From Chrysomallon squamiferum (Eukaryota; Animalia; Mollusca): a stretch of 64,000 bases of DNA. Shown here piece by piece: positions 12,677 to 25,338 of this stretch. The first letter of the stretch is position 1. Each line of letters opens with the position of its first letter. The translations under genes and the position numbers were made by a program. The stretch is from assembly GCA_012295275.1 (NCBI GenBank), contig CM022671.1, positions 14,322,001 to 14,386,000 on the forward strand, read 5' to 3'. The notes beneath the pieces are model-generated. The model was not told the origin of the DNA and ran no database searches. It worked only from the letters and a program-made list of their open reading frames with translations.

Positions 12677-15600
12677 TTACTTGAGGAGACCCATCTGAAA
12701 CTGATAGTGCAGAGCATCTCCCTTAGTGGCTTGCTGAAAAAACAGAATGTTTGAAATATATTAATAAAATATTAACTTTATGAAAACATAATTAATTAAA
12801 ACTTGGTTATAACACTGAAAAATAATATTTCTGGCAAGAAGAGAAAGGAATTTTGTTTATTTATTATTTATTTTTTATTTTTTCATTATGACATCAATTA
12901 CATTTTACTGCTATCAAGCAAACATTATGTACAAATCTTTGACTTATCATAATTTATGTGATTCTTAATCACAGAAGAAATATCTTTATAACATTCAGTA
13001 TAGTAAAAAATCAGAAACAAGATAAAGATATCTGTAGTGATACAGGTGAAACAATACAATACACCTACAAGTGACTGGAAAATATATCGATGAAAACATA
13101 CACATTTAAAAAAATAGAAATGGTAATAAGGCTTAAAATGATAAAAACTTAAATTGTTACATCCTATCTTTATTCTTTTCTAAGGAATTCAGCAATGTGT
13201 CTATGGTAGTATAAACAAATAATCTCAATTTTTTTTTTTTCGTTTTTTTTTGTTAACAAAAAATATGGAAGAAAGGAGTTTTCTCTTTAACAAAAGTATA
13301 ATTTAAATTTTGAATAAGGTGTTCCTCTAATTTGTGTTGAGCATTTTGTCACATCAGATTAGTGATCTGTAAAAAAAATTCAGAAATATTTTAATTTCTT
13401 GTAATGATGTAAATTATTTCTCTTATTCTAAGATTAACAAAAGCCTAACAACTGAATTAAGAACTTCATCATACTCTAAAAATACCTTATTAATTTCTTG
13501 ATGTCTCTCTTTACTGACAATTTCTTCTATGATTTCACCATCACCTTTCACCAACCTAATTCAAATGAAGAATTATTATTCTTAAAACAAAAACCTGTTT
13601 AATAAATCAATATTTTCAATGAACCTATTTATTCAGACTGATAAATATTTTCAGAATTCAGAGCTTTATTACAGTCATGACACTGCTGTAATATGTGAGA
13701 AACCATTAGAAGTGAATGTTTCTCAGTTAAAATCATGTCACCTACTCATTTTTCTTGTTTAATGGAAAGTTTTATAAAACAAAAATTCCTTTAATGTTAA
13801 TGTGAAAGAACAGCCCAGCGATAGGTGGCAGTTTTTTTATTCTTACATACAGTGAATATAAAATCATCATTCATGGTTTTCAAAAGCAAATGATTACTGA
13901 AAACTGGGATGATTTATTTCAATCATCTTAAATTTAAAAACAACAACAATTCTTTCAATTCATTTCGACATAAAAACAGTAGAATTCCCTTTTAACAAAT
14001 ATTTTTTATTTTGTTTAAACTAACAAAATCATTAAAAAAAAAATACAGCTTTGTTTCTGTTTTGTCATATATTTATTCTTTATCTTTTATAGTTAAACTT
14101 AAAGTCAATCTTCACTAATTAAATAAACCTCCTTAGTAAAATATGTTTGTTATCATATATATATATACCTGGTTATTAACTTAAATGTTTATAATCTTAC
14201 CTGCGTCTACCTGTTTCATCAGTAACATATCTTAATACATTCTGTTGTTTTTCCCAGGCTTCTTTTGTCATTGGAGCCATAATTTTCGGAGCAGGACCAA
14301 TACTGTCTTTAACTATCAAAGTTAAAAAAATATGGATAAATAAAATAACAGATTAAGTAAGAAAATATAGAAAGAAACAAATATTTAACAAAATTATATA
14401 AAAGAAATAAAATTTTAATGAAAATTGTGAATTAGTATATCAAAAGGAGGAAGTCAGATTATTTTAAATAACTTGTAGTTTAACCTCAGGAATAGTTCAT
14501 TTGTTTTTAATAGCATATAAAAAATAATTCTGATGATGGTAATTATCAGAGTGTAATTTATTTTATTTTTTTAAATACAATATGACAAGAAAAAAAAAAA
14601 AAAAAAAAAAGAATTTAAAAAAGTATGTAACTGGTTTCCTACCTTCATTATCTTTACTTGGTTTCTTTACAATAGTATTTGAATCTTCATCTTTTACACA
14701 TTTCTTAGATTTATTTTTCTCTTCTTTTAACTTCTTGTGCTTTTTCTTCTTCTTTTTCTTTTTCCTTTTCTTTCTTTCTGCTGATGATGTGTCTGAATGA
14801 CTGTGATGTCTTTTATAAGAAAAAAAAATGTGAAGTTTGTCATAATTTTATTAAGATTATCATCTATACAATGTATAGCAAATATGCTTTATTTTTTTTA
14901 AAACATACATAATTTGGTGGAGAAGCATACTCAATGAATTTAATAAACAAAAAAAAAAAAAAAAAAAAAAAGTAAGTAAGAAAGAAAATAATTTTATAAT
15001 TAACTAAAAAAACAATCTTTTTTGTTCATTTTGTTTGACTGGGGTTTTATTTTTATTATTTTATTTATTTATTTATTTATTTATTTGAATATGGGATCCA
15101 GCCATTTTATTATTTATTTATTTTAATTTTTTTAATTTTGCTCAGTTAAGACTAGTTTAGTATAATTAATAAAATGATGGGTGAAAATCTAACACTGATT
15201 TATAGAAAGGATGGAAGGAAACATTGTGTTAAACAATGCATTCAACATATTTTGTATTTCTAATTATATGGCTCTGGACATATGGTTAAGAATCTCTCAT
15301 ATAATGATAGAGAAAACATTTTGCTGCTATTCTTTCTGATTTACAGAAAGAGAACTTTTATTTATATCAGCATATAGGCAGTTACATACCAGTTACAGAG
15401 GACTGGAAGAATTATTATTATTATTGCTTTACCATTTGTTTTAAAAAGAAGAAAAAATATGTTTTTCTTAAATTATAGTAGTATTCTTACACTGCACCTT
15501 TGGCATATTTACCACAGATTTTTATTTATGCTTTTGTAACAATTTACTCAACTTCTACTAAGAGAAATGAACCAACATCCTCTTGTCTTAAAATCCAAAA

Positions 15601-15788
15601 GAAGTGTTACTAATTACTGCCTGTACCATCTCTACCAACACTACATAAATCCTCCTCCAAGAAAACCTATTTTCTTATGATATGAACAAAAGGCAATTAT
15701 GTTGTTACACACTGTAACCTGATTACAACCATGCTGAAAAGTGACATTAAGAAAGATATTTGTGCCTAAACTGATGAATTATAAATTT

Positions 15789-15825
<37 letters not shown>

Positions 15826-16367
15826 GAAAGAAATAAGATTTAAAAAAATAAAGAAGAAAGAAATGATTAATTTTTTTTAATTTATAAAAAAATTATTTTA
15901 GTTCTATTTTTTCACTTTCAGGCTAAGATGAAACTGTTATAGCAAAATAAGTCTAAAAGATATTTTTCTGAGAGACTTTTATATGACTTATTGTCTGATT
16001 CTTAGACTCTTCTCAGCCACAACTTCACACTTGTAAATGTAACTGTTAGTAAACTTAGTTATTAGAATTCAATATCATATTAGCACATTGTTTGATGTGT
16101 TCTTAATATTAATCATCTAACAGTAATTATTTACCTTCTTTTGTGACTATTGTTTTCTTCAGACAGGTCATCTGTCTTATGTCTTGTTTTACGTCTGGTT
16201 TCATGACTGTGTTTGGAACGTTTTCTTTTTACAGGTTTGGAATATAAACTAGAGTCACTGGACGAAGTGTCACTGATCGTCCTGGACTGCCAAGATCTTT
16301 TACTTGCTTTTATTTTAGGTCTTGAGCTTCTGTCATCTTCACCTTTTCTTCTACTGTCCATTTTCAT
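12677..16367 (-). CDS. ARL6IP4: ARL6-interacting protein 4 (SR-25-like), 5 exons, 212 aa
   Basis: Exons 16367-16135, 14809-14643, 14312-14201, 13555-13486, 12733-12677 (639 nt, phases consistent). S/R/K-rich N-terminus; conserved C-terminus [68 protein letters not shown]. Confidence 0.93.
15205..15410 (-). mobile_element. Degenerate SINE-like relic in ARL6IP4 intron 1
   Basis: GAAGGAAACATTGTGTTAAACAATGCATTCAACATATTTT..TTATATGGCTCTGGACATATGGTTAAG resembles, from memory, the reverse-complemented tail of the same gastropod SINE (GAAGGAAATGTTTTATTTAACGACGCACTCAACACATTTT..TTATATGGCGTCGGACATATGGTTAAG). Confidence 0.55.
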
Positions 16368-16725
16368 AAAATTTAAAATCGGTATACAATTTCAAAAATG
16401 TTAAAATATAAACATTATCAACGTGAAGGCTGCCATTTTGGTTTTGGTAAAATACTAATATTTAAAAAAAATGTCAGAAGGGATACTTTCTCAATAATAT
16501 TAAAAATATATACTGATACCTATAAATGTTGAAAACAGACTTCTTTCATTTTTAAAATGGCTGCATTAATATTTATAGCTTAGATTAAATTATGGTGCAA
16601 TTTATTATATTTAGTTTAATTTTTATTTCGTTTTATATATTTTTTATATTTTTCTAACTACCCTAACAGCGGAAGTGCCTCTTTAAGCGTCAAAATGGTG
16701 GTTGTGTTGTCAAAACAATAATGTT
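16368..16725. promoter_or_regulatory. Bidirectional promoter ARL6IP4 / LRRC43
   Basis: Divergent ATGs separated by 358 bp; YY1-like GCCATTTT (16432) and AAAATGGC (16554); ETS-type CGGAAGTG (16670-16677). Confidence 0.75.
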
Positions 16726-19700
16726 ATGATGGCTGCTGTTGAACAGTATCCGGCATTTTCAGCATTTGAGAGTCAGCTGAAAACATTATGCTTAAAGGAA
16801 TTTCCTTGCGGAGCTGGCAGCTGGGTAACATGGATATTAAAACAAAAATTTATGTTGTTTGCGTTTGAGTTTTTAATGTAACATAATAAATATTTATATA
16901 CATAAAGCACATATTGATTATTAGCTACTGTTTTATATAATATATATATGTATATAATGTCAGAAATAATCACTATTGAATGGATTGTTGCACACTGTTA
17001 GAACACTCCATAATTTGAGCCCATTTGAGGTTTTGTGCATTAATGACTATAAAGGCCGAAAGGTGCATGAAATTAGCGTAATTATATCCAAGGGAAAATG
17101 TAGAACATGACAAAATGAGTGACACCCATTATACTAAAGATACAATCAGTTAATGTGTTTTAACTGAATAATTAGACAAAACTCATTTTTATTTGCTGTG
17201 ACAATGAAACTGTTACATTAATTCTAACATATGCAAATTCTTCTACAGTGTAGGTAGCCTTTTATAAACAGTTATTTAGTACTGGTTGGAAAGTGAAACA
17301 TGCCTGTAACTTATCATCAATCCAATCACTGACCTTCAGGTCTTTCAGAGAACTTACAAGCAAATTATTTCTTTTTATTAACTCCATTTTATTTTAGCAT
17401 TATTTCAAGAAAATATAATACTGTATTTCTGCTCATCCTTGACATTATCATTTTTTAAATGACAAATTAATATTATTTTGAAATGTGATTAAAAACTAGT
17501 TGCGAATTTTAACAAACAGAGAATTATACATATCTTTTTGAAGCGAGAATCTGGGAAAGATCCAAAGGCCAAGGTGAAAAAGGCTTTAAAGCCTGAGGTA
17601 TTCCCGAAGATCAAGATGGAAATTTTTACACCCCCTATTGACCCAACAAGATATCAGTTTTCTATAACACATCAAGGTTCGTGCATTTGATAACTATTGA
17701 TGTAGATTCTTCTTCATAAACTCTATAGACTGTAGTTATAATGAGAAAAATGTTAGATAACTATATATTGTGTCAAAATAGTTAGTACAATAATTGGTAT
17801 TAAAGATAAGATATTTTTATTCAGTCAGTAACTGAAAAATTATACATCTTGCTTTAACACCTTTCAGTAGGATACATGCATCTCTCATTAATTCCTAAGG
17901 TGTTTTGTGTTTAGTATATGGAATGCAGATTGAGAAAATATTATTAATGAAGTTTTTTGTATTAATAATTTTCAAATGAGGATATTTGTATTTCTTTTTT
18001 GAATTTTTGTTGATTATAATTAAATTACAAATGTATCAGATTATGGAGTCCAAACAGAGAAAACCGAAACGCTGCAGGAATATGTCACATCAAAGTTTTC
18101 TCCCTGGCATTTGGACTACAGCTGGAGTGAGGAGGCAAGAAAGCTTAGAGAAATCGCAGTGAAATCACCATGGCTGATAGATGACAATTTTATACTCAGT
18201 TACTTTCGAACAATAAGAATATTAGATAAAAGGGTGAGTACCAATGAAGACTGGAAATCCACTCAGTTAGGTTTAAATAACTTTATTGTGTTACCTCTGT
18301 CACTTTATTTCCCAGTGCAGCTGACAAACCATCCTTGCGTAACATGCTTTTCAGATCATGAAAATGTATATAAAATATTTTGCTAAAGTAGCCAATACAA
18401 ACAGTTTTGTTCAATACAGATGGCACTATCAAATCTTTAATAATAATAAAAATATTAATAATAATAAAAATAATAATAATAATCATAATAATAATAATTA
18501 TTATTTCTTCTACACTGTTTATCTTGTAACCAGTCCTCTTTCATATGAACTTTACAAAAAAGAAATCTGTGATTGTTTTTTTTTCTAAAGAATACATATC
18601 TTATGAGTATTAATTATTTGGAATAAATATTCTTTCACAAATTGCTATTGTTTATATATTATTTTCTCTTGTTTTCTATTGAATAAGGTCACAGAAGTTG
18701 ATTCTAATATACTAAAATTTGAAAACTTGGAAGAATTGACTTTAAGTGCTAACTACATTCAGAACATACCATCAAAGAACCTCCCTCGTACACTGAAGGT
18801 ATTGTTATTTTAGTATCTCACATTTCTCAACTTGTCAAAAGTTTACTGTTTCAAAAATAAATGAATTAGTTAAATTCAATATCCAGTATACTAAACCATT
18901 ATCTCATTATTTAAAAATCTGACTGAACTGAACAAAATTTTACGTAATGTAAATTTATGACTATCAGTACCAGTTTTGTGTTTTTTTTTCCTCCTAGGTG
19001 CTTGAACTCTGTGCAAATGATATCAGTGATATTTCATCACTGTGTGAAAATCCACCACGTCTGACACATCTTGGACTGGGGTATAACAAGATTACACTCA
19101 TTAAGGATTATCTCACTGGCAACTACTGGTAGGAAAGTTTCATTATTATAATGATAATGAAAATAACAAAGCACATTGCTGTAATTTCTGATAATCATAT
19201 TTTATAAATTTAATAACCAATAATAAAAGCATTCTGAGTAGGAAATAATTAACAACAAATAATAATAAAAAAAACAAATATCCTTATTAAAATACATAAA
19301 AATATTGTTAAGCTTTAAAATGGTGTATAATATTTCATTAACTTTTTTTTTATCAAAACTCCCCACTCCAAAAAAAACCCAAACTAATAATAATAATACA
19401 ACAACAGAGAAAAACAAATACAAATATGTGTTATTCATGCAGGCATGACAATCACAAACTGTTTTAATGGGGAACCTGTGGCAGTATGAATGAATGATTT
19501 AAAAATATTCTTTATCATGTAAGATTATTGTTCTATTTCAGTTTGCACCATTAATAACAAATTATGACAACATAAGAACACAGTTAAATATTATTTGAAT
19601 ACTGCCATTATACCCCTTTATAATGAGTCATTATAGAACTGGGAATAGAGTGGACCAGTAGTTGTTATTTTACTTTCAAATTTAATTTTTAGGAAGGACA

Positions 19701-20979
19701 AATAAAATAATCACCTTATTAATGGGGGGGGGAATTTTGGTTAATTGCAATTACTTCAAAGCATATAAAAGGTATTTCTTAAGTGTTTGTAAAAGTAAAG
19801 TTTTTTGTATTGCTCTCTTTCAGGCCACACCTCCTGTCTCTGGATCTAAGTCACAACAATCTGAGTGACCTGGTTGATTGTGTTAGAAAATTATCAACTC
19901 TTCCAAAACTGAGAAACCTCATTTTACAAGGAAATCCTCTATCAGTGAGTGTTTTCTGTTGTTTGTAACAGTTAATAATAGTTCTTTATCATATAGTCCT
20001 TTATTGTGCAGCTTTATTTTAATGAAGGTAATCTCTAACTGTTTATATGAGAAAATAGATATCCTATCCCCTGTAGACTTTACAGAGAAATTATAATAAG
20101 CATGGGCTATCATGTAATATTGTGATAGACAATTAGATATATAAATATATTAAAATATTTATTTTATTTGGAGTGTTAAATATTTGTTATTTTCAGTTTA
20201 ATAATTAATGAAGTATATCAACAAATAAATAAAATGAAGAAAATTAAAAAAAAAAAAACACCATAAAATTAATGCCAGAAATTGTAATTGTATAAAAAAA
20301 TGGAAAAAATTATTCAATTTAAATTTATTATTTTTTTTTTTTTTTTACCTTATCTGAAGCTGATCCCAGGGTACAGAGGATACATTATAGATGTAATGCG
20401 TAAACTGAGCATACTAGATGACATTATGATTTCAGCCGATGAGAAACATCATTTTAAGGGTCTAGCAAGAAGAAGAGGTAATTTTCAGTCATCCTTTAAA
20501 CAGTCACACAAAGCTGGATCTAAAATTTTAGAATAGGGAACACCATGTTAGTCAGAAATACAACTTTCATAAACTAATGTGTTTTTATTGTTGTTATCAA
20601 AAAAAAAAAAAAAAAAAAAGTTGGTTTTATATATATATATAATAACAACAACAGTAATAGAGAACAAGACTTTTTTTTATCTATAACATATGCATGTCTG
20701 CATATAGTTGGGTTGTAATCTCTTTTCTTTTTTTCAATCATATGATTTTCAATAGTAATTTAACTATTGTTATTATTTTAATGCTTTTCAGAATATATTC
20801 TTGATGAAGCCAAAATTATTTTTGAGGTCATGACTCTGAAGGGATTACCAATGCCAGATGAAATGAAGGTATATATGTCAATCCCACTGAATAATTATTT
20901 TCAAATTTAGATATTTAGGTCTATTTATTCCATTTTTATTTTATTGTTATTATTATTAACATTATTATTATTATTAACA

Positions 20980-21056
<77 letters not shown>

Positions 21057-24000
21057 TTTTCCAACTTTTCTTTCTTTTATTTCCAACTTTAAAAAAAATA
21101 AATTTCTGAAAATAAAGATTTAAATATTTTAAAAAGTGATTGAATAAATTCACATTGTTATGCTTGTTATAAACACTGTGGTAATATTTCATTTGTTCAT
21201 CTAAATAAATGCTGAACAAAAAAATATCAGAATAGATCTATCCCAGATTAAACCAACGCAGGGAAATTAAGTGCTTTTTGTTGAATGTAAAAACTGTAAA
21301 TATTATTGTTTTGAGATCATTTAAAAAGAAAATAATAATAAATTAAAAATTAAAATTTGTTCTTTCAAATAAGTCCATTAATTTTGCTAATTTAATTATT
21401 CTCTTAACTAATTAAATCAGGTTTTGATCAGTAAAATTATTGTTACATTTTAGAATGTTGAAGATCAGCCAGAGTATCCCAAAATAGAGAGGACATATTT
21501 TGTCCAGTTCATGTTTATGGGAGACAGTGATAACAAGGTGGAAATACACACACTGACTATGGAAGAAAGCATTCCAGCGTCTCCGATGTTAGAACTTGAA
21601 AGAAAAATATCTCTAAAAATTCCTGAGGTATTGATATTTTCAGTTGTCATAATAATAGCATTGTTCAGACTGCATTGTATACTTTGAATATATCACGAAA
21701 TGAAAATGGAAACACTGAAACATTGAATAAAATACATAGATGTGGCTGTCTGAGTGCTAAATTGCTGTGACATCTTTTTCATGTTTTCAGCATTCTGTAC
21801 GTTTTAGTTTAGACTGAAATTAAATTTAAATTGATATGTAATGTTTAGATTTTTTAAAATTTATTTTTCCTCCAGTCATTTGTTTATTTTTTTCATCTAG
21901 ACACATGTTTTCTGGGGTTATTCTTTTTTTAAGTTTATTTTTCATCCATTCATTTATTGTTTATTTATTTGTTGTAACATTGGCTTACACAATCATTCTA
22001 CTGATATGTCTGTAGTCAGTGGACAGAGCTCACTCTGCTGGAGCGGACACAGAGAACAGTCAGCTTGAGAAAAATGTGGCTTTTAACAGCAAAACTGAAC
22101 TGAAATCTATGGAGAATCTTCCAGACACAGGTACATATCCTTTTACCAGGTATCTTGTTTATTCAGCTTTTCTGACTTAACACAATAATTACAATAGTTC
22201 TGTCTGGACACTATCTAAACTTAACTGAAAAAAAAAAAAAAAAAAAAAAAACTTAGGATTCAGAACTAAATAAAACCATTTAGATACCGCAACAATTACA
22301 GTGCTATAGAAATCATAAAAAATATTCTTGCATTCCATTTTCTACAGTTTTTGTTTATCAGCAGTATGATGATGATGGGTTAACTCATCTTTGTGTTTTC
22401 TTGCAGTCAGTCCTCCATTTGGATTCACTTTTATGTCAGAGCTCTATGATGACTGACTGCTTTGCTGTCTGTGAGATAGTGCATATAAAATAATTTCTGA
22501 TAATAAGGACTAGCCAATGGCAAAAACCAGCATTCTCTTGTCAGTAACACATATTCTTTATCTAACAATTTTTATCATACAAAATTTTATTTAAAAAAAA
22601 GGTTATTACTGTTATCTTCATCTATTATTAAAATGTTCATAACAGCACAGGCTCCATCACAGTTAGAAGCTGACCTTGCTGACGAAGAGGAGCTTTCAGA
22701 GAAAAAAGATGATGATGATGAACAGTCTGAAATACACCTTGCTCCAGTGAGGTCAGCTAAGTGTGCCTGGGCTGAAGAAGTGGAAATGAACTGGTCATCA
22801 GCAGTGACCCGTGACAACCTTCTCGGTCTGAGAGACTTCTTCAAACAAGGAATGGATTTTTCAGTCATAGAAGAAGTGGTATGATGTTAATTATGCTTTT
22901 TAATTTTGTTTGTGTCTTTCTTCCATTTTTTTTTTTTTATCAATCCTATTTGAAATGAACATATGTTTCTGCTTATTATTTTGGATAAGGTTGGGTTTTT
23001 TTTTTTTTGGTTGGTTGCAAATCCTTTTTAAAACCTAAGTTAAAATATATCACTGGGTTTTTACTACTTAGTTTAGTGCTTTACCACCAACAGTTTAACA
23101 TAAAAATTTCAGGTTTAGAACATGCATTTAGTAACCTAGACATGATTTGTTTTGAAAAAAACATAAAGGTGAATGAAGCACAGGTGCTTTGCAAATGATA
23201 CACTTATTTATGACCAAAATAGTTGCAGTAAATTTGATTCCATCTTAGAAAAATATTTTCTTTCTTGCTATTATACAAAACACACCAGCTGCAAACACTA
23301 CTAAATGCATTGAAAAAGCTTTATTTTAGTTTTGTATGTACTAAGTAAGTTTGTTTTAGCTTTGGATACCATACATACTTGTTTCTGGATATACCATATA
23401 AGCTTATTTTTGTTTATTTGAATCTTGTACTATATAAATTTATTTTGATCTTGGACTACATAAATTTATTTAGTGAATCAGTTTATTAGTTCTACACACA
23501 ATAATACTTTTCTTTTTTTCATGTTTGCAATTGCCGTAGATTTGTAGTTCAGTAGCATGCACCTCTTGAGTTGTAACCTTCATTACAGGTTTTGTGTTAC
23601 CCTCAAGAAGAAGAGGAAATAGATGCTGTCAGTGTTGCAGGGTCAAAGAAGGGTGGCAAGGATAAGACACCAGAAAAAAAAGTGAAAAAAAATCAGGTTT
23701 TTCTTTAAGCGTGATGTGTTTAATTGCTCAGTAAGGCAGTGTTTTATTTATTAATATTAACTTCTTTTTTAATTATTTATATTTTAAGTATTTGAATAAA
23801 AAGCTACTGAAATGAACTGAAATGGAAACCCTTGAGAAAAACAGAAACTTAACAATAGTAAAATATATTCGATTTACTTTCATGGGAAATGGATAGAATA
23901 TTTATTTCTTTTTGCTATCAATGCTTTTTTTTTCTTCTTCTTAAAACTCAGGGAGGGAAAAAGGATGAAAAAAAGAAAAAGAAGAAGGGAGAACCAGAAA

Positions 24001-24525
24001 TACAACTGAGAAGAACGACTCCCCAGTTGAAGGTTTTAGCAACCTTTCACATTCCACTAGAAGACTTCTTGGAGGGTGAATTTACAATCAAGAGTACCTT
24101 TATTCACGGAGCAGCTGAGGAAACATCCACTATTGTGAGTAGAGAAAGTCCTCTGTCAGCGAAGAAGGTAAATATTGATTATGTTTCATGTTTCACCATT
24201 CCTGTGACATCAGTGATGGTGAATGTAATCTGTAAGTGAAAAAGGAGGACTGAAGCCAGGACCTCCGTGAGAGTAGTCTACCCCACCACGACGTGACGTG
24301 GAATAGTACGAGTGCTCTCGTGTTCTGTAGGAGTGAACAGTACAGAATTTTATTATTTGGGCAAATAGTAGTATTATGGACATCTGACAATTTATGTACT
24401 AAATATGTTTATTATTCTCACTGATTCTTTAATTCAGTAACAAAAATAATATTTCTTTAAAAATACATACACCAGAAAATATGTTACAGAAATAAATAGT
24501 TACTGAATTATAAACATATACATAT

Positions 24526-24557
<32 letters not shown>

Positions 24558-25338
24558 TAATATAAATGGTTGTAAATATTGTTAAACAAAAAGGAAATCA
24601 GCTAAAAAAATATAATATTTTGTTGTTGTGGTTTTTTTTTAGAAAGGGAAAAAAGATAAGAAGAAGGATTCATCCTCTCCAAAGAGGAAAGATGCTAAAG
24701 GTATGTGTGCAGTTTGTTTCACTGGTTTTCCAGTGTAAAAACAAAATGTCACATATTTATAGGTGCTGTTACACGTGCAGTATTTTGACACATCACAATT
24801 TTAATGTTTTTAAATGATATGAAAAAACAGATCATGATCTAGACAATAGTTTTCTAATCAAGAAAGAAAATTTACAAGTCACATTTTTTAATTTTTCTAG
24901 GTACAATTCTAGGTAGTTATATTTGTGTGAATTGATAATGCAGTCATTACATTGCATGCAATATCATTCCATTTGTAAGATTAAAAAAATATAGAAATTT
25001 AAAAGAATAAAAATGTATTATCTTCATTAACCGCATACATTTTGTAGCCTAAAAAATGTGAATAGAAATCAGTAAGCCCTTATCAATCTTTCTGTATCGG
25101 TGTTGAATGTAATTAGTTTTATAATTTTTCAAAAGGTCCTCCTAAGGCCAAAGAACCCGAGAAGAAGCCTGATAAAAGACGCAAATCAATTGCTGTTCAA
25201 CTAGAAGAGGAAACGACTGAATTACCTCCCCCTCCATTAGAAGTTAGTATTGGTGTCCAGTTACATCACTGGGAAACAGCTCAGGACTCCTTAAAAGAAG
25301 AGGAAGAAAAGAAACAAGCATTAGAAGAAGCAAGTTAA
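16726..25338 (+). CDS. LRRC43: Leucine-rich repeat-containing protein 43, 15 exons, 696 aa
   Basis: Exons 16726-16824, 17544-17676, 18040-18233, 18688-18798, 18998-19128, 19824-19944, 20360-20477, 20792-20868, 21454-21627, 22016-22130, 22646-22878, 23589-23696, 23952-24167, 24643-24700, 25136-25338 (2091 nt). LCLKEFPCGAGSW, LREIAVKSP..SYFRTIRILDK, LRRs (LEELTLSAN, LELCAN, LDLSHNNL, LILQGNPL) and YRGYIID..LDDI..EKHHFKGL match LRRC43. Confidence 0.93.
20941..21055. repeat. (ATT)n microsatellite
   Basis: Seen directly in an LRRC43 intron. Confidence 0.9.

Noticed and set aside
22135-22150. ATATCCTTT resembling a U12 (AT-AC) donor
   Set aside because: The canonical GT donor at 22131 gives the correct phase, and I found no matching U12 branch point or AC acceptor.
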